In this document: one piece after another, positions 20,603-29,560 of the stretch
Position numbering within the stretch: position 1 is the first letter of the stretch
How the letters are laid out: the number at the start of each line of letters is the position of its first letter
NCBI GenBank assembly: GCA_016869915.1
Contig: VGDA01000001.1
Location: 1 to 44,434 of the forward strand
Direction of reading: 5' to 3'
Length of the DNA stretch: 44,434 nucleotides
From: Alphaproteobacteria bacterium
GTDB taxonomy: Bacteria > Pseudomonadota > Alphaproteobacteria > CACIAM-22H2
Position numbers and translations under genes: made by a program
The notes under the pieces: generated by a model
Told to the model about the DNA's origin: nothing
What the model saw: the letters and a program-made list of their open reading frames with translations, nothing else
The model's database searches: none

Positions 20603-22873
20603 ATGGCGAACGAAGCGACCCCGGTCACCGAGGAGGAAGCCCTCCAGTTCCATTCCAATGGCAAGGCGGGGAAGATCGAGATCACGCCCACCAAGCCGCT
20701 GACGACGCAGCGCGACCTCAGCCTCGCCTATTCGCCGGGCGTGGCCTGGCCCTGCCTGCACATCGCGAAGAACCCCGCGACCGCCTACGACTATACGGCG
20801 AAGGGCAACCTCGTGGCGGTGATCTCCAACGGCACGGCGGTGCTCGGCCTCGGCGACCTCGGCGCGCTGGCCTCGAAGCCGGTGATGGAGGGCAAGTCCG
20901 TCCTCTTCAAGCGCTTCGCCGACGTCGACTCGATCGACCTCGAGGTCGACACGAGGAACGTCGACGAGTTCGTCAATTGCGTGCGCTTCCTCGGGCCCAG
21001 CTTCGGCGGCATCAACCTCGAGGACATCAAGGCGCCGGAGTGCTTCATCATCGAGCAGCGCCTGCGCGAGCTGCTCGACATTCCCGTCTTCCACGACGAC
21101 CAGCACGGCACGGCGATCGTCGCCGCCGCCGGCCTGCTCAACGCCCTCGACCTGACCGGGCGCGACATCCGCAACGTGCGCATGGTCATCAACGGCGCCG
21201 GCGCGGCGTCGATCGCCTGCGCCGAGCTGATCAAGGCGATGGGCGTCCCGCACGCCAACGTCGTGCTCTGCGACACCAAGGGCGTGATCTGGCAGGGCCG
21301 CGGCGACGGCATGAACCAGTGGAAGTCGGCGCATGCCGTGCCGACCAAGGCACGCTCGCTGCGCGACGCGATGGAGGGCGCCGACGTGTTCTTCGGCCTG
21401 TCCGCCAAGGACGCCGTCGACCAGGAGATGGTCCGCGCGATGGCCGCCAGGCCGATCATCTTCGCGATGGCCAACCCCGATCCGGAGATCACGCCGGAGG
21501 CCGCGCGCGCCGCGCGCAGCGACGTGATCGTCGCCACCGGCCGCTCGGACTACCCGAACCAGGTCAACAACGTCCTCGGCTTCCCCTACATCTTCCGCGG
21601 CGCGCTCGACGTGCGCGCCTCGACCATCAACGAGGCGATGAAGATCGCCGCGGTCGAGGCGCTGGCGAAGCTCGCGCGCGAGGACGTGCCCGACGAGCTC
21701 GATGCCGCCTATTCGGGCCGCCGCCTGCGCTACGGCCCCGACTACATCATCCCCGTGCCCTTCGACCCCCGCCTGATCTCGGTCGTGCCCGCCGCGGTCG
21801 CCGAGGCGGCGATGAAGAGCGGCGTCGCGCGCAGGCCGATCGCCGACATGAAGGGCTATCGCCGCGCCCTTTCCTCGCGCCGCGACCCGACCGCCGCGAT
21901 GCTCGACCTCACCTTCGAGCAGCTGCGGTCCTCGCCGCCGCGCCGCGTCGTCTTCGCCGAGGGCGAGGAGGAGCGCGTGATCCGCGCCGCCGCGCAGTTC
22001 CAGTCCGCGGGCTACGGCACGCCGGTGCTGGTCGGGCGCGAGGATCGCATCGCGGCGACGATCAGGTCGGTCGGCATCCACGGCGCCGAGAAGCTCGAGA
22101 TCCAGAACGCCCGCGTCAGCGGCAAGAACCGGGAGTACACGGACCTCCTCTATGCGCGCCTGCAGCGCCAGGGCTACCTGCTGCGCGACTGCCAGCGCCT
22201 CGTGAACCAGGACCGCAACGTCTTCGGCGCGCTGATGGTCGCCGCGGGCGACGCCGACGCGATCGTCACCGGCACGACGCGCGCCTACCACCAGGCGCTC
22301 GCCGACATCCGCATGGCGCTGCCCGGCGAGCCGGGGCGCCCGGTGATGGGGCTCACCATCGTCGTGACCAGCAGCCACACCGTCTTCATGGCCGACACGA
22401 CGGTCAACGAGCTGCCCAACGCGGAGGAGATGGCGGACATCGCGATCCAGGCCGCCGCCAAGGCCCGCGCGATGGGCCACGTGCCGCGCGTCGCGCTGCT
22501 CTCCTACTCGAACTTCGGCAAGCCGATGCGCGAGAAGATGCTGTCGGTGCGACAGGCCGTGATGGCCCTCGACGCGCGCGAGGTCGACTTCGAGTACGAC
22601 GGCGACATCTCGGCCGAGGTTGCGCTGGACGCGCGCCTGATCCGCAGCCTCTACCCGTTCTGCCGCCTCTCCGGCGCCGCCAACGTGCTGGTGATGCCGG
22701 GCCTGCATTCGGCCAACATCTCGAGCCAGCTCCTGCAGAAGCTCGGCGGCGGCACGGTGATCGGGCCGCTGCTGATCGGCATGTCGAAGCCGGCGCAGAT
22801 CGTGCCCACCGGCGCCACCGTCGCGGAGGTCGTCAACATGGCGGCGCTGGCGGCGGCGGAAGTGCGCCGCTAG
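20603..22873 (+). CDS. maeB: NADP-dependent malic enzyme with C-terminal phosphotransacetylase-like domain
   Basis: Start MANEATPV (ATG 20603) preceded by GAGGA. Malic enzyme motifs ([32 protein letters not shown]) plus a PTA-like C-terminal half. 756 aa. Confidence 0.95.
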   Translation: MANEATPVTEEEALQFHSNGKAGKIEITPTKPLTTQRDLSLAYSPGVAWPCLHIAKNPATAYDYTAKGNLVAVISNGTAVLGLGDLGALASKPVMEGKSVLFKRFADVDSIDLEVDTRNVDEFVNCVRFLGPSFGGINLEDIKAPECFIIEQRLRELLDIPVFHDDQHGTAIVAAAGLLNALDLTGRDIRNVRMVINGAGAASIACAELIKAMGVPHANVVLCDTKGVIWQGRGDGMNQWKSAHAVPTKARSLRDAMEGADVFFGLSAKDAVDQEMVRAMAARPIIFAMANPDPEITPEAARAARSDVIVATGRSDYPNQVNNVLGFPYIFRGALDVRASTINEAMKIAAVEALAKLAREDVPDELDAAYSGRRLRYGPDYIIPVPFDPRLISVVPAAVAEAAMKSGVARRPIADMKGYRRALSSRRDPTAAMLDLTFEQLRSSPPRRVVFAEGEEERVIRAAAQFQSAGYGTPVLVGREDRIAATIRSVGIHGAEKLEIQNARVSGKNREYTDLLYARLQRQGYLLRDCQRLVNQDRNVFGALMVAAGDADAIVTGTTRAYHQALADIRMALPGEPGRPVMGLTIVVTSSHTVFMADTTVNELPNAEEMADIAIQAAAKARAMGHVPRVALLSYSNFGKPMREKMLSVRQAVMALDAREVDFEYDGDISAEVALDARLIRSLYPFCRLSGAANVLVMPGLHSANISSQLLQKLGGGTVIGPLLIGMSKPAQIVPTGATVAEVVNMAALAAAEVRR

Positions 22874-22887
22874 GCGCCGGCCCTCCC

Positions 22888-25035
22888 ATGGCGCGGCGCC
22901 TCCTCGACGCGCGTCCCGACCGGCTGGACCTGCGCGACCGGCCCTACCGCCCGCCGCTGCGCTCGCTGCCGCCGCAATGGCCCGTCGACGCGGACATCGC
23001 GCGCTTGGTTGGCGCCTATGCGCGCGCCGGCCTCGTCCTCGACCAGGGGACTGAGGGCGCGTGCACGGGCTTCGGCCTCGCCTGCGTCGCGAACTTCCTG
23101 CTCTGGCGCTGCGCCGTCGAGGCGGGTCGCGCGACCGGCTTCGCGCCGGTCAGCCCGCGCATGTTCTACGAGCTCGCCCGGCGCTACGACGAATGGCCTG
23201 GCGACGACTACGAGGGCTCGAGCTGCCGCGGCGCCCTCAAGGGCTGGCACAAGCACGGCGCCTGCGCCGAGCGGCTCTGGCCGCATCGCATGGCGGGCCG
23301 CCGCGCGAAGGGCCTCGTCCCGCCCGCCGCCGACTGGGCGCGCGACGCGGCGACGCGGCCGCTCGGCGTCTACTACCGCGTCGATCGCGACTCGGTGGTC
23401 GACCTGCAGGCGGCGATCCGCGAGATCGGCGCGGTCTATGTCTCGGCCGAGGTCCACGGAGGCTGGGACAGGCTGCTCGGCAAGCGGCCCTCGTCCCCGC
23501 CGCGGCGCGCCGCCGACCTTCCCGTCGTCCCGCCGCGCCCGGCGCAGGGCGAGGCGGGCGGCCACGCCTTCGCGCTGGTCGGCTACGACGCGCGCGGCTT
23601 CATCGTCCAGAACTCCTGGGGCCCGGCCTGGGGCCGCGGCGGCTTCGCGGTGCTGCCTTACGAGGACTGGGTGCGCCACGCGACCGACGCCTGGGCCTGC
23701 GCGCTGGGCGTGCCGGTCGCTCCATCGCCCGCGCGCCTCGCCGCGTCGTCCTTTCCCGTGGCGAGCGGCAGGTCGCTCGCGACGCTGTCGCGCGCCGCGC
23801 GCGCGCCCGGCAACCCGCAGGACGATCCCTGGCCGGTCGACCGCGTCTTCGCGCATGCGGGCTACGAGCCCTGGAGCACGGCCCGCGCCTACGCGCATGC
23901 GCTGGTCAGCGGCAATGACGGCCGGCTCGCGGCGAGCGACGTCGCCCTCGGCACCGGCGCGGCGGCGAGCGCCGCCCATGCGCGGCGCGTCGTGCTCGAC
24001 AACGCGCTCGCCTTCCTTTCCGCGCAGCCGGGAGACACGGCGCGGCTCGCGCTCTACGCCCATGGCGGGCTCAACGGCGAGGCCGGCTCGATCGAGCGCG
24101 TGCGCGTCCTCGGGCCGTGCTTCGCCGCCAACGCGATCCACCCGCTCTTCCTCGTCTGGAGGACCGGCCCGCTCGAGACGCTCTCCGCTATGCTGCGCGA
24201 CGCGCTCGGCCTCGACCGCGACGTCGAGGCGGCGCGCGCGGGCGGCTTCCTCGACGGCATTCGCGAGGCCGCGGACCGCATGCTCGAGGCCAAGGCGCGG
24301 CTCATGCTGCGCGGCGTCTGGAGCGAGATGCGGGAGAACGCGGAGCGCGCGGCGCGGCCGGGCCACGCGATCGACCTGCTCGCCGGGCTCCTGCTGGACC
24401 TGCGCGACGCGCTGGCCGCGCGGGGCAAGGCGCTGGAGGTCCATCTCCTCGGCCACTCCGCGGGCAGCATCCTGCTCGGCCATCTCCTCGATCGCTGGCG
24501 CGTCGGCGACCTGCGCGCGCGCGCGCCGCGCGTGGCCTCCGTGTCGCTGCTCGCGGCGGCCTGCTCGGTGGAGTTCGCGCTGCGCACCTACGGCGCCGCG
24601 GCGCAGGACGGGATCCTCGACCTCTCGCGGCTGTCGATGTCCTATCTCTCCGACGAGAACGAGCGCCGCGACGGCCTGCCGGCGCCGGGCCTCGCGCTCT
24701 ACGGCAAGTCGCTGCTCTACCTCGTCTCGCGCGCGCTCGACGACGCGCGCAAGATCCCGTTGCTCGGCATGGAGCGCGCGAACCTCGCCGCCCACGCGGC
24801 CGACGAGGGCCAGTGGGCGCGCGAGCATCTCGCGCATGTCGCGCGCTGGCAGCGCCTCTGGCGGCCCTCGACCGAATCCTGCATCGCCGAGCCGCAGGTC
24901 GTGGTCGACGCCGCCGGCACGCGCCGCCAGGCCGTGCATGGCTGCTTCGACAACGACATCGCAACCATGACCCGCGCGATCGAGGCGATCGCGGGGCGGA
25001 GCCTGGTCGCGCCGCTCGAGTGGCTCGACTACTGA
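22888..25035 (+). CDS. uncharacterised fusion protein: N-terminal papain-like (C1) cysteine peptidase domain plus C-terminal alpha/beta-hydrolase-like serine hydrolase domain
   Basis: ATG at 22888, 14 nt after the maeB stop; no obvious SD. C1 signature in canonical order: Gln53/Cys59 in DQGTEGACTGFG (Cys codon 23062..23064), His226 in GGHAFALVGYD (23563..23565), and Asn242-Ser-Trp-Gly (23611...). The C-terminal half carries LALYAHGGLNG and the nucleophile elbow LLGHSAGSILLG (Ser524 codon 24457..24459). No signal peptide or TM helix. Confidence 0.85.
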   Translation: MARRLLDARPDRLDLRDRPYRPPLRSLPPQWPVDADIARLVGAYARAGLVLDQGTEGACTGFGLACVANFLLWRCAVEAGRATGFAPVSPRMFYELARRYDEWPGDDYEGSSCRGALKGWHKHGACAERLWPHRMAGRRAKGLVPPAADWARDAATRPLGVYYRVDRDSVVDLQAAIREIGAVYVSAEVHGGWDRLLGKRPSSPPRRAADLPVVPPRPAQGEAGGHAFALVGYDARGFIVQNSWGPAWGRGGFAVLPYEDWVRHATDAWACALGVPVAPSPARLAASSFPVASGRSLATLSRAARAPGNPQDDPWPVDRVFAHAGYEPWSTARAYAHALVSGNDGRLAASDVALGTGAAASAAHARRVVLDNALAFLSAQPGDTARLALYAHGGLNGEAGSIERVRVLGPCFAANAIHPLFLVWRTGPLETLSAMLRDALGLDRDVEAARAGGFLDGIREAADRMLEAKARLMLRGVWSEMRENAERAARPGHAIDLLAGLLLDLRDALAARGKALEVHLLGHSAGSILLGHLLDRWRVGDLRARAPRVASVSLLAAACSVEFALRTYGAAAQDGILDLSRLSMSYLSDENERRDGLPAPGLALYGKSLLYLVSRALDDARKIPLLGMERANLAAHAADEGQWAREHLAHVARWQRLWRPSTESCIAEPQVVVDAAGTRRQAVHGCFDNDIATMTRAIEAIAGRSLVAPLEWLDY

Positions 25036-25060
25036 ACGACGTCGCGAAGGGACCCGTGGG

Positions 25061-25903
25061 ATGACGAAGCGCGAGGCACTCTCGCCCGAGGAATGGTGGT
25101 CGACGTCGATCATCGACATGAAGCCCGGGTCGATCCGCCTGCGCGGCTACGCGATCGAGGACCTGGTCGGGCGCATCGGCTTCGCCGAGATGGCCTGGCT
25201 GATGACCCGCGGCGAGCTGCCCGACCCGCGCGCCGCGCGGCTGCTCGAGCACGCGCTCGTCGCCGCCGTCGACCACGGACCGCAGGCGCCCTCGGTCGCG
25301 ATCGCGCGCATGGCGATGAGCTGCGGCGTCGGCATCAACAACGCGATGGCCTCGGCCGCGAACGTCCTGGGCGACGTGCATGGCGGCGCGGGCGAGCAAT
25401 GCGTCGAGTTCTACGCCGCGATCGACCGCGCGCTCGAGGGCAGGCCCGCGCGCGACGCGGCGGCGCTGGCCGCGGCTGTCGACGGCGCGCTCGACGAGGC
25501 GAAGGCCGCTGGCACCAGCCACGTGCCAGGCTTCGGCCACCGCTTCCATCCCGTCGACCCGCGCGCGCCGCGGCTGCTCGCCCTCGTCGACGAGGCCGTT
25601 GCCGCCGGCGTGGTGGAGGGGCGCTTCGCCGCGATCGGCCGCGCGGTCGAGGCCGGGATCGCGCGCCGCCGCGGCGGCCGCCTCGTGCCGATGAACATCG
25701 ACGGCGCGACGGCGGTGATCTTCGCCGAGCTCGGCTTCGCGCCGCAGCTCTGCCGCGGCCTCTTCGTGATTTCGCGCTCCGTCGGCATCCTCGCCCACGC
25801 CTGGGAGGAGGCCGGCTCCGGCGCCCGCAACAAGGGCCCGATCCCGCGCCACCACACCTGGCGCTACACCGGCCCGCCACCGCGCAAGCCGGGCGAGGGA
25901 TAG
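25061..25903 (+). CDS. citrate-synthase-superfamily short protein (citryl-CoA lyase-like)
   Basis: 280 aa. Citrate synthase-type motifs GDVHGGAGE and PGFGHRFH. The size matches stand-alone citryl-CoA lyase-like proteins rather than full citrate synthases. Confidence 0.7.
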   Translation: MTKREALSPEEWWSTSIIDMKPGSIRLRGYAIEDLVGRIGFAEMAWLMTRGELPDPRAARLLEHALVAAVDHGPQAPSVAIARMAMSCGVGINNAMASAANVLGDVHGGAGEQCVEFYAAIDRALEGRPARDAAALAAAVDGALDEAKAAGTSHVPGFGHRFHPVDPRAPRLLALVDEAVAAGVVEGRFAAIGRAVEAGIARRRGGRLVPMNIDGATAVIFAELGFAPQLCRGLFVISRSVGILAHAWEEAGSGARNKGPIPRHHTWRYTGPPPRKPGEG

Positions 25904-25932
25904 GCCCGAGGCCCCTCGACCTCGCGGCCGCC

Positions 25933-25963
25933 TTGACGGGCGTCGCGGGCGAGGGGCTAGCTC
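25933..25963 (+). promoter_or_regulatory. candidate sigma-70 promoter for the GntR-family gene
   Basis: TTGACG (25933..25938), a 17-nt spacer, then GCTAGCTC (25956..25963), about 35 nt upstream of the ATG at 25997. Confidence 0.3.
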
Positions 25964-25996
25964 GGGACATCTCGACCAACGGGACGAAACGGACGC

Positions 25997-26683
25997 ATGT
26001 CGCGCCAAGGGAAGACCCCGGCCCGCCCGCCCACGCGCGCCGAGGCGCTGGCTTCGGCCCTGGCGGAGGCGATCACGTCGGGTCGCATGCCGCCGGGCAC
26101 CGCGCTCGAGGAGGAGCGGCTCGCCGCGGAGAACGACGTCTCGCGGACGCCGGTGCGCGAGGCGCTGCGGCTGCTTGCCGCCACCGGGCTCGTCGAGCAG
26201 AGGTCGCGCCGCGGCTCGGTCGTGGCGCGGCCCGAGCCGCAGCGGCTGTCGGAGATGTTCGAGGCGATGGCGGAGCTCGAGGCGGTCTGCGCCGGGCTCT
26301 GCGCGCGCGGCATGGCGGCGAAGGCGCGCAGGTCGCTCGCGGCGCGCCACGCGGCGATGGGACGGCTGGCCGGCGAAGGCCGGGTCGAGGCCTATCGCGC
26401 GGCCAATGTCGCCTTCCACGAGGCGCTCTATTCGGGCGGCGGCAACGCCTATCTCGCGGAGCTCGCCGGCGCGACGCGCCGCCGCCTCGCGCCGTTCCGC
26501 GCGGCGCAGCTCGGCGGCGCCGCGCGCCTCCTCGCCTCGCATGCCGAGCATGGCGCGATCGTCGAGGCCATCCTCGCCGCCGACGAGGCCGCCGCCGCCG
26601 CCGCGACGCGCGCGCATCTCGCGGCGACCGAAGGCGCCTGGGGCGTGATGGCCGGCCGGCCGGGCCCAGCCCGGCGGCGCTGA
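25997..26683 (+). CDS. GntR-family transcriptional regulator (FadR/FCD subfamily)
   Basis: N-terminal winged HTH (LEEERLAAENDVSRTPVREALRLLAATGLVEQRSRRGSVV) and a helical FCD-like C-terminal domain. Confidence 0.85.
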   Translation: MSRQGKTPARPPTRAEALASALAEAITSGRMPPGTALEEERLAAENDVSRTPVREALRLLAATGLVEQRSRRGSVVARPEPQRLSEMFEAMAELEAVCAGLCARGMAAKARRSLAARHAAMGRLAGEGRVEAYRAANVAFHEALYSGGGNAYLAELAGATRRRLAPFRAAQLGGAARLLASHAEHGAIVEAILAADEAAAAAATRAHLAATEGAWGVMAGRPGPARRR

Positions 26684-26727
26684 AGCCAGCCTGCGGGCAA
26701 GGCAGCTGCCCACGGGCGGCGCCTATT

Positions 26728-26749
26728 TTGTATGCATTTTTGCATGCAA
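26728..26749. promoter_or_regulatory. candidate GntR-type operator (imperfect palindrome)
   Basis: TTGTATGCA-TTTT-TGCATGCAA has 9-bp arms with one mismatch. It is the only AT-rich patch in the GntR/allophanate-hydrolase spacer and fits the GT-Nx-AC type dyads used by GntR regulators. Confidence 0.45.
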
Positions 26750-26802
26750 GAACGGATCGGCCGTCGCCGCCGCGGCGGCATGGCTCTTGCTGGATCCGCC
26801 GC

Positions 26803-28167
26803 ATGCCATCGGCGGCCATCGACCTTCCGACCCTTCCCTTCCGGCGCGCCGCCCTGCATGGCGCCTACGCCGCCGGCGCGTCGCCGCGCGATGTCGTCGC
26901 CGAGGCGCATCGCCGCCTCGAGGCGGCGGGCGATCCCGGCATCTTCCTCGACCTGGTGCCGCTGCCGGATCTCGTCGCCGCCGCGGACGCGCTGCCGCCC
27001 TTCGATCCCGCCCGCCTTCCGCTCTGGGGCCTGCCGGTGGCGATCAAGGACAACATCGCCGTCGCGGGCCGGCCGATGACGGCGGCCTGCCCCGCCTTCG
27101 CCCATGTTCCCGCGCGCGACGCGACGGTCGTCGCGCGCCTGCGCGCGGCGGGGGCGCTCGTCCTCGGCAAGACCAACCTCGACCAGTTCGCGACCGGGCT
27201 CGTCGGCGTGCGCACGCCCTATCCTGTCCCGCGCAACGCGTGCGATCCCGCGCGCGTGCCCGGCGGATCGTCGTCGGGATCGGCGGTCGCCGTCGCGCGC
27301 GGCATCGCCTGCATCGCGCTCGGGACCGACACCGCAGGCTCCGGCCGCGTGCCCGCCGCGCTCAACGGCGTGGTCGGGCTGAAGCCCTCGGTCGGCACCG
27401 TCCCGACCACCGGCGTCGTGCCCGCATGCCGCAGCATCGATTGCGTGTCGGTCTTCGCGGCCTGCGTCGACGACGCCTGGGCCGGCTTCCACGCGATCGC
27501 CGGCGACGACGCGCAGGATCCGTTCAGCCGGCCGCTGCCGTGGATCGAGCCCGGCCTGCCGCCGCGGCGGATCGCGATCCCCCGCGCCGCCGACCTCCAT
27601 CTCGACGACGATCCCGCCCGCGTCGCCTGGTCCGCCGCGCGCTCGCTGCTGCACGGCGTCGCGGAAGCCGACATCTCCGCGATGCTCGGCGTCGCGCGGA
27701 TGCTCTACGACGGGCCATGGGTAGCGGAGAGGGCAGTGGCCTTCGGCGGCTTCGCGGCGGCCAACCCCGGCGCGCTCCACCCCGTCACGCTGCGGATCCT
27801 GGACGGCGCCGCGCGCTTCTCCGCCGCCGATGCCTTCGCCGCGATGCACGAGTTGGCCGCGCAGCGCCGGGCCGCGGAGCGCTTCTTCGCGCGCCACGAC
27901 GCGCTCGCCGTGCCGTCGGTCCCCTGCTTCCCGATGCGCGCGGAGCTGGAGGCCGATCCGTTCGGCCCGAACGCGCGCCTCGGCACCTACACGAACTTCG
28001 TCAACCTGCTCGACCTCGCAGCCATCGCCGTGCCGGGCCCCCGGCGTCCCGACGGCCTTCCGGCCGGCGTCACCTTCATCGGGCCGCGGGGGTCGGATCC
28101 CGCGCTGGCGGCGCTCGCCGCGGAATTCGCGGGCGCCACCACGCGCGTGCAGGGCATGGCCGCATGA
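26803..28167 (+). CDS. allophanate hydrolase, amidase-signature domain portion
   Basis: Start MPSAAIDLPTLPF (ATG 26803). Amidase signature GGSSSGSAVAVARGIACIALGTDTAGSGRVPAA and KDNI with the catalytic Lys. It ends at a TGA (28165..28167) where intact orthologues continue into a C-terminal domain. Confidence 0.85.
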   Translation: MPSAAIDLPTLPFRRAALHGAYAAGASPRDVVAEAHRRLEAAGDPGIFLDLVPLPDLVAAADALPPFDPARLPLWGLPVAIKDNIAVAGRPMTAACPAFAHVPARDATVVARLRAAGALVLGKTNLDQFATGLVGVRTPYPVPRNACDPARVPGGSSSGSAVAVARGIACIALGTDTAGSGRVPAALNGVVGLKPSVGTVPTTGVVPACRSIDCVSVFAACVDDAWAGFHAIAGDDAQDPFSRPLPWIEPGLPPRRIAIPRAADLHLDDDPARVAWSAARSLLHGVAEADISAMLGVARMLYDGPWVAERAVAFGGFAAANPGALHPVTLRILDGAARFSAADAFAAMHELAAQRRAAERFFARHDALAVPSVPCFPMRAELEADPFGPNARLGTYTNFVNLLDLAAIAVPGPRRPDGLPAGVTFIGPRGSDPALAALAAEFAGATTRVQGMAA

Positions 28168-28581
28168 CGATCGAGATCGCCGTCGTCGGCGCCCATCTCA
28201 CCGGCCTCGCGCTCAACCACGAGCTCGTCGCGCGCGGCGGCGCGCTCGCTGCCCTGCTACCGGCTCCATGCGCTCGCCGGCGGCCCGCCGCGCAGGCCGG
28301 GCATGCTGCGCGTCGACTCCGGCGGCGCCGCGATCGACGCCGAGGTCTGGTTGCTTCCCGCCGAGGGCTTCGCGCGCTTCGTCGCCGCCGTGCCCGCGCC
28401 GCTGTGCATCGGCACCGTCCTGCTCGCCGACGGCACATCGCCCAAGGGCTTCCTCGTCGAGCCGGAAGGCCTCGCGGGAGCCGAGGACGTCACGCGCTTC
28501 GGCGGGTGGCGCGCCTACCTCGCCTCGCTCGCCAGCCCCCCACCCGTCAACCAGAGCGCCATAGAGGAGAACCCAAGATGA
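28164..28581 (+). pseudogene. allophanate hydrolase C-terminal domain, split off and internally frameshifted
   Basis: Frame 0 from ATG 28164 encodes MTIEIAVVGAHLTGLALNHELVARGGAL, the conserved start of the AH C-terminal domain. The conserved continuation PCYRLHALAGGPPRRPGMLRV...EVWLLPAEGFARFVAAVPAPLCIGTV...FGGWRAYL is in frame +1, beginning at about 28251. The shift lies near the CCC run at 28248..28250. Confidence 0.6.
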
Positions 28582-29531
28582 TCGATCGTCGTCGCGTCCT
28601 CGCCGCGGGCACCGCCGCGGTCCTCGCAGCACCGCATGTCGCGCGCGCCCAGGCGGCGCGCACCGTGAAGATGGGCTCGCTGCGCCTCATCCATTCGATG
28701 ACGCCGCATTTCTACCAGCGCTTCGCGCCGCCGGGGCTGAACATCGAGGTCATCACCTTCGACAGCCCGACCGACGGCAAGAACGCCGTCGTGACGCGCA
28801 GCGTCGACTTCGGCGGCTTCGGCATCGCCGCCGCCACGCTGGGCGCCGCGGCGGGCGAACCCGTCGTGGTCGTCGGCGCCTTCTGCAACCGCGGCATGGG
28901 CGTCGTCGCCAAGAAGGGCTCGGGGATCAGGGACATCGCCGGGCTGCGCGGCAAGCGCGTCGGCATCTGGCCCGGCTCGACGCAGGAGGTCTTCATCATG
29001 GAGCGCATCCGCCAGACCGGCATGACGATGCGCGACATCACGAGCGTGCGCGTGCCCTTCGGCGAGATGAACGCGATGCTCGCGCGCGGCGACATCGACG
29101 CCTATGTCGGCGCCGAGCCGGGGCCGGGCCTGTCGATCTCGTCGGGCGTCGGCGAGCTCGTCGAGTACCCCTACGCGACGGCCATGGGCGGGCTCAACAT
29201 GATCTTCGCGACCTCCGAGGCGATGGTGGCGCAGGATCCCGCGCTGGTGCGCACGATGCTCGGCATCCACCGCCGGGCGAGCGAGCACATGATGGCGAAC
29301 CGCGGCGAAGTCGCGGAGGCCACCGTGCGGATCCTCGGCGCGCCGCGCGCGGCTGTCGACCAGGCGCTCGCCGCGGACAATGTCGAGTACACGTGGCGCC
29401 TCGACGACACCGTCCTGACGCAGGCGCGGGCCTACGCCGCGCAGATGCTCGAGCTCAAGCAGATCCGCGCGCTTCCGAACTTCGACACGTTCCTCAACCC
29501 GCGCTTCTCGCGCGAGCTGGCGACGAGCTGA
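28578..29531 (+). CDS. ABC transporter substrate-binding protein (NMT1/SsuA/TauA-like, NitT/TauT family) with Tat-type signal
   Basis: Start MIDRRRVLAAGTAAVLAAPHVARA (ATG 28578, GAGGAGA SD sequence upstream). The twin-arginine signal and overall layout fit aliphatic sulfonate/nitrate/taurine-type binding proteins. Confidence 0.8.
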   Translation: MIDRRRVLAAGTAAVLAAPHVARAQAARTVKMGSLRLIHSMTPHFYQRFAPPGLNIEVITFDSPTDGKNAVVTRSVDFGGFGIAAATLGAAAGEPVVVVGAFCNRGMGVVAKKGSGIRDIAGLRGKRVGIWPGSTQEVFIMERIRQTGMTMRDITSVRVPFGEMNAMLARGDIDAYVGAEPGPGLSISSGVGELVEYPYATAMGGLNMIFATSEAMVAQDPALVRTMLGIHRRASEHMMANRGEVAEATVRILGAPRAAVDQALAADNVEYTWRLDDTVLTQARAYAAQMLELKQIRALPNFDTFLNPRFSRELATS

Positions 29532-29560
29532 GCGGGCGGCGGACGCGCCGGGTCGCGGCG

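Noticed and set aside
20977-22887. 1.9-kb upstream extension of the peptidase/hydrolase ORF (ORF 20977..25035, 1352 aa).
   Set aside because: The extension lies inside maeB in a different frame and translates to Arg/Ala-rich low-complexity sequence. Recognisable protein sequence begins only at the ATG at 22888, just after the maeB stop.
28165-28167. TGA read-through or selenocysteine recoding to join the amidase and the downstream frame-1 segment. This TGA is the only stop in frame 1 between 26803 and 28581.
   Set aside because: Frame 1 just after the TGA encodes RSRSPSSAPISPASRSTTSSS, which is not conserved-looking. Frame 0 encodes the conserved AVVGAHLTGLALNHEL motif. I saw no SECIS-like hairpin immediately downstream.
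26787-29531. 914-aa ORF that appears to fuse an N-terminal extension, the allophanate hydrolase C-terminal fragment and the ABC binding protein.
   Set aside because: It is a chimera of frames. Only two parts of this frame look like real protein: the ~29 codons from 28164 and the region from 28578 onward (a Tat signal plus binding-protein fold). The rest is Arg-rich shadow sequence. The binding protein has its own ATG and SD sequence at 28578.
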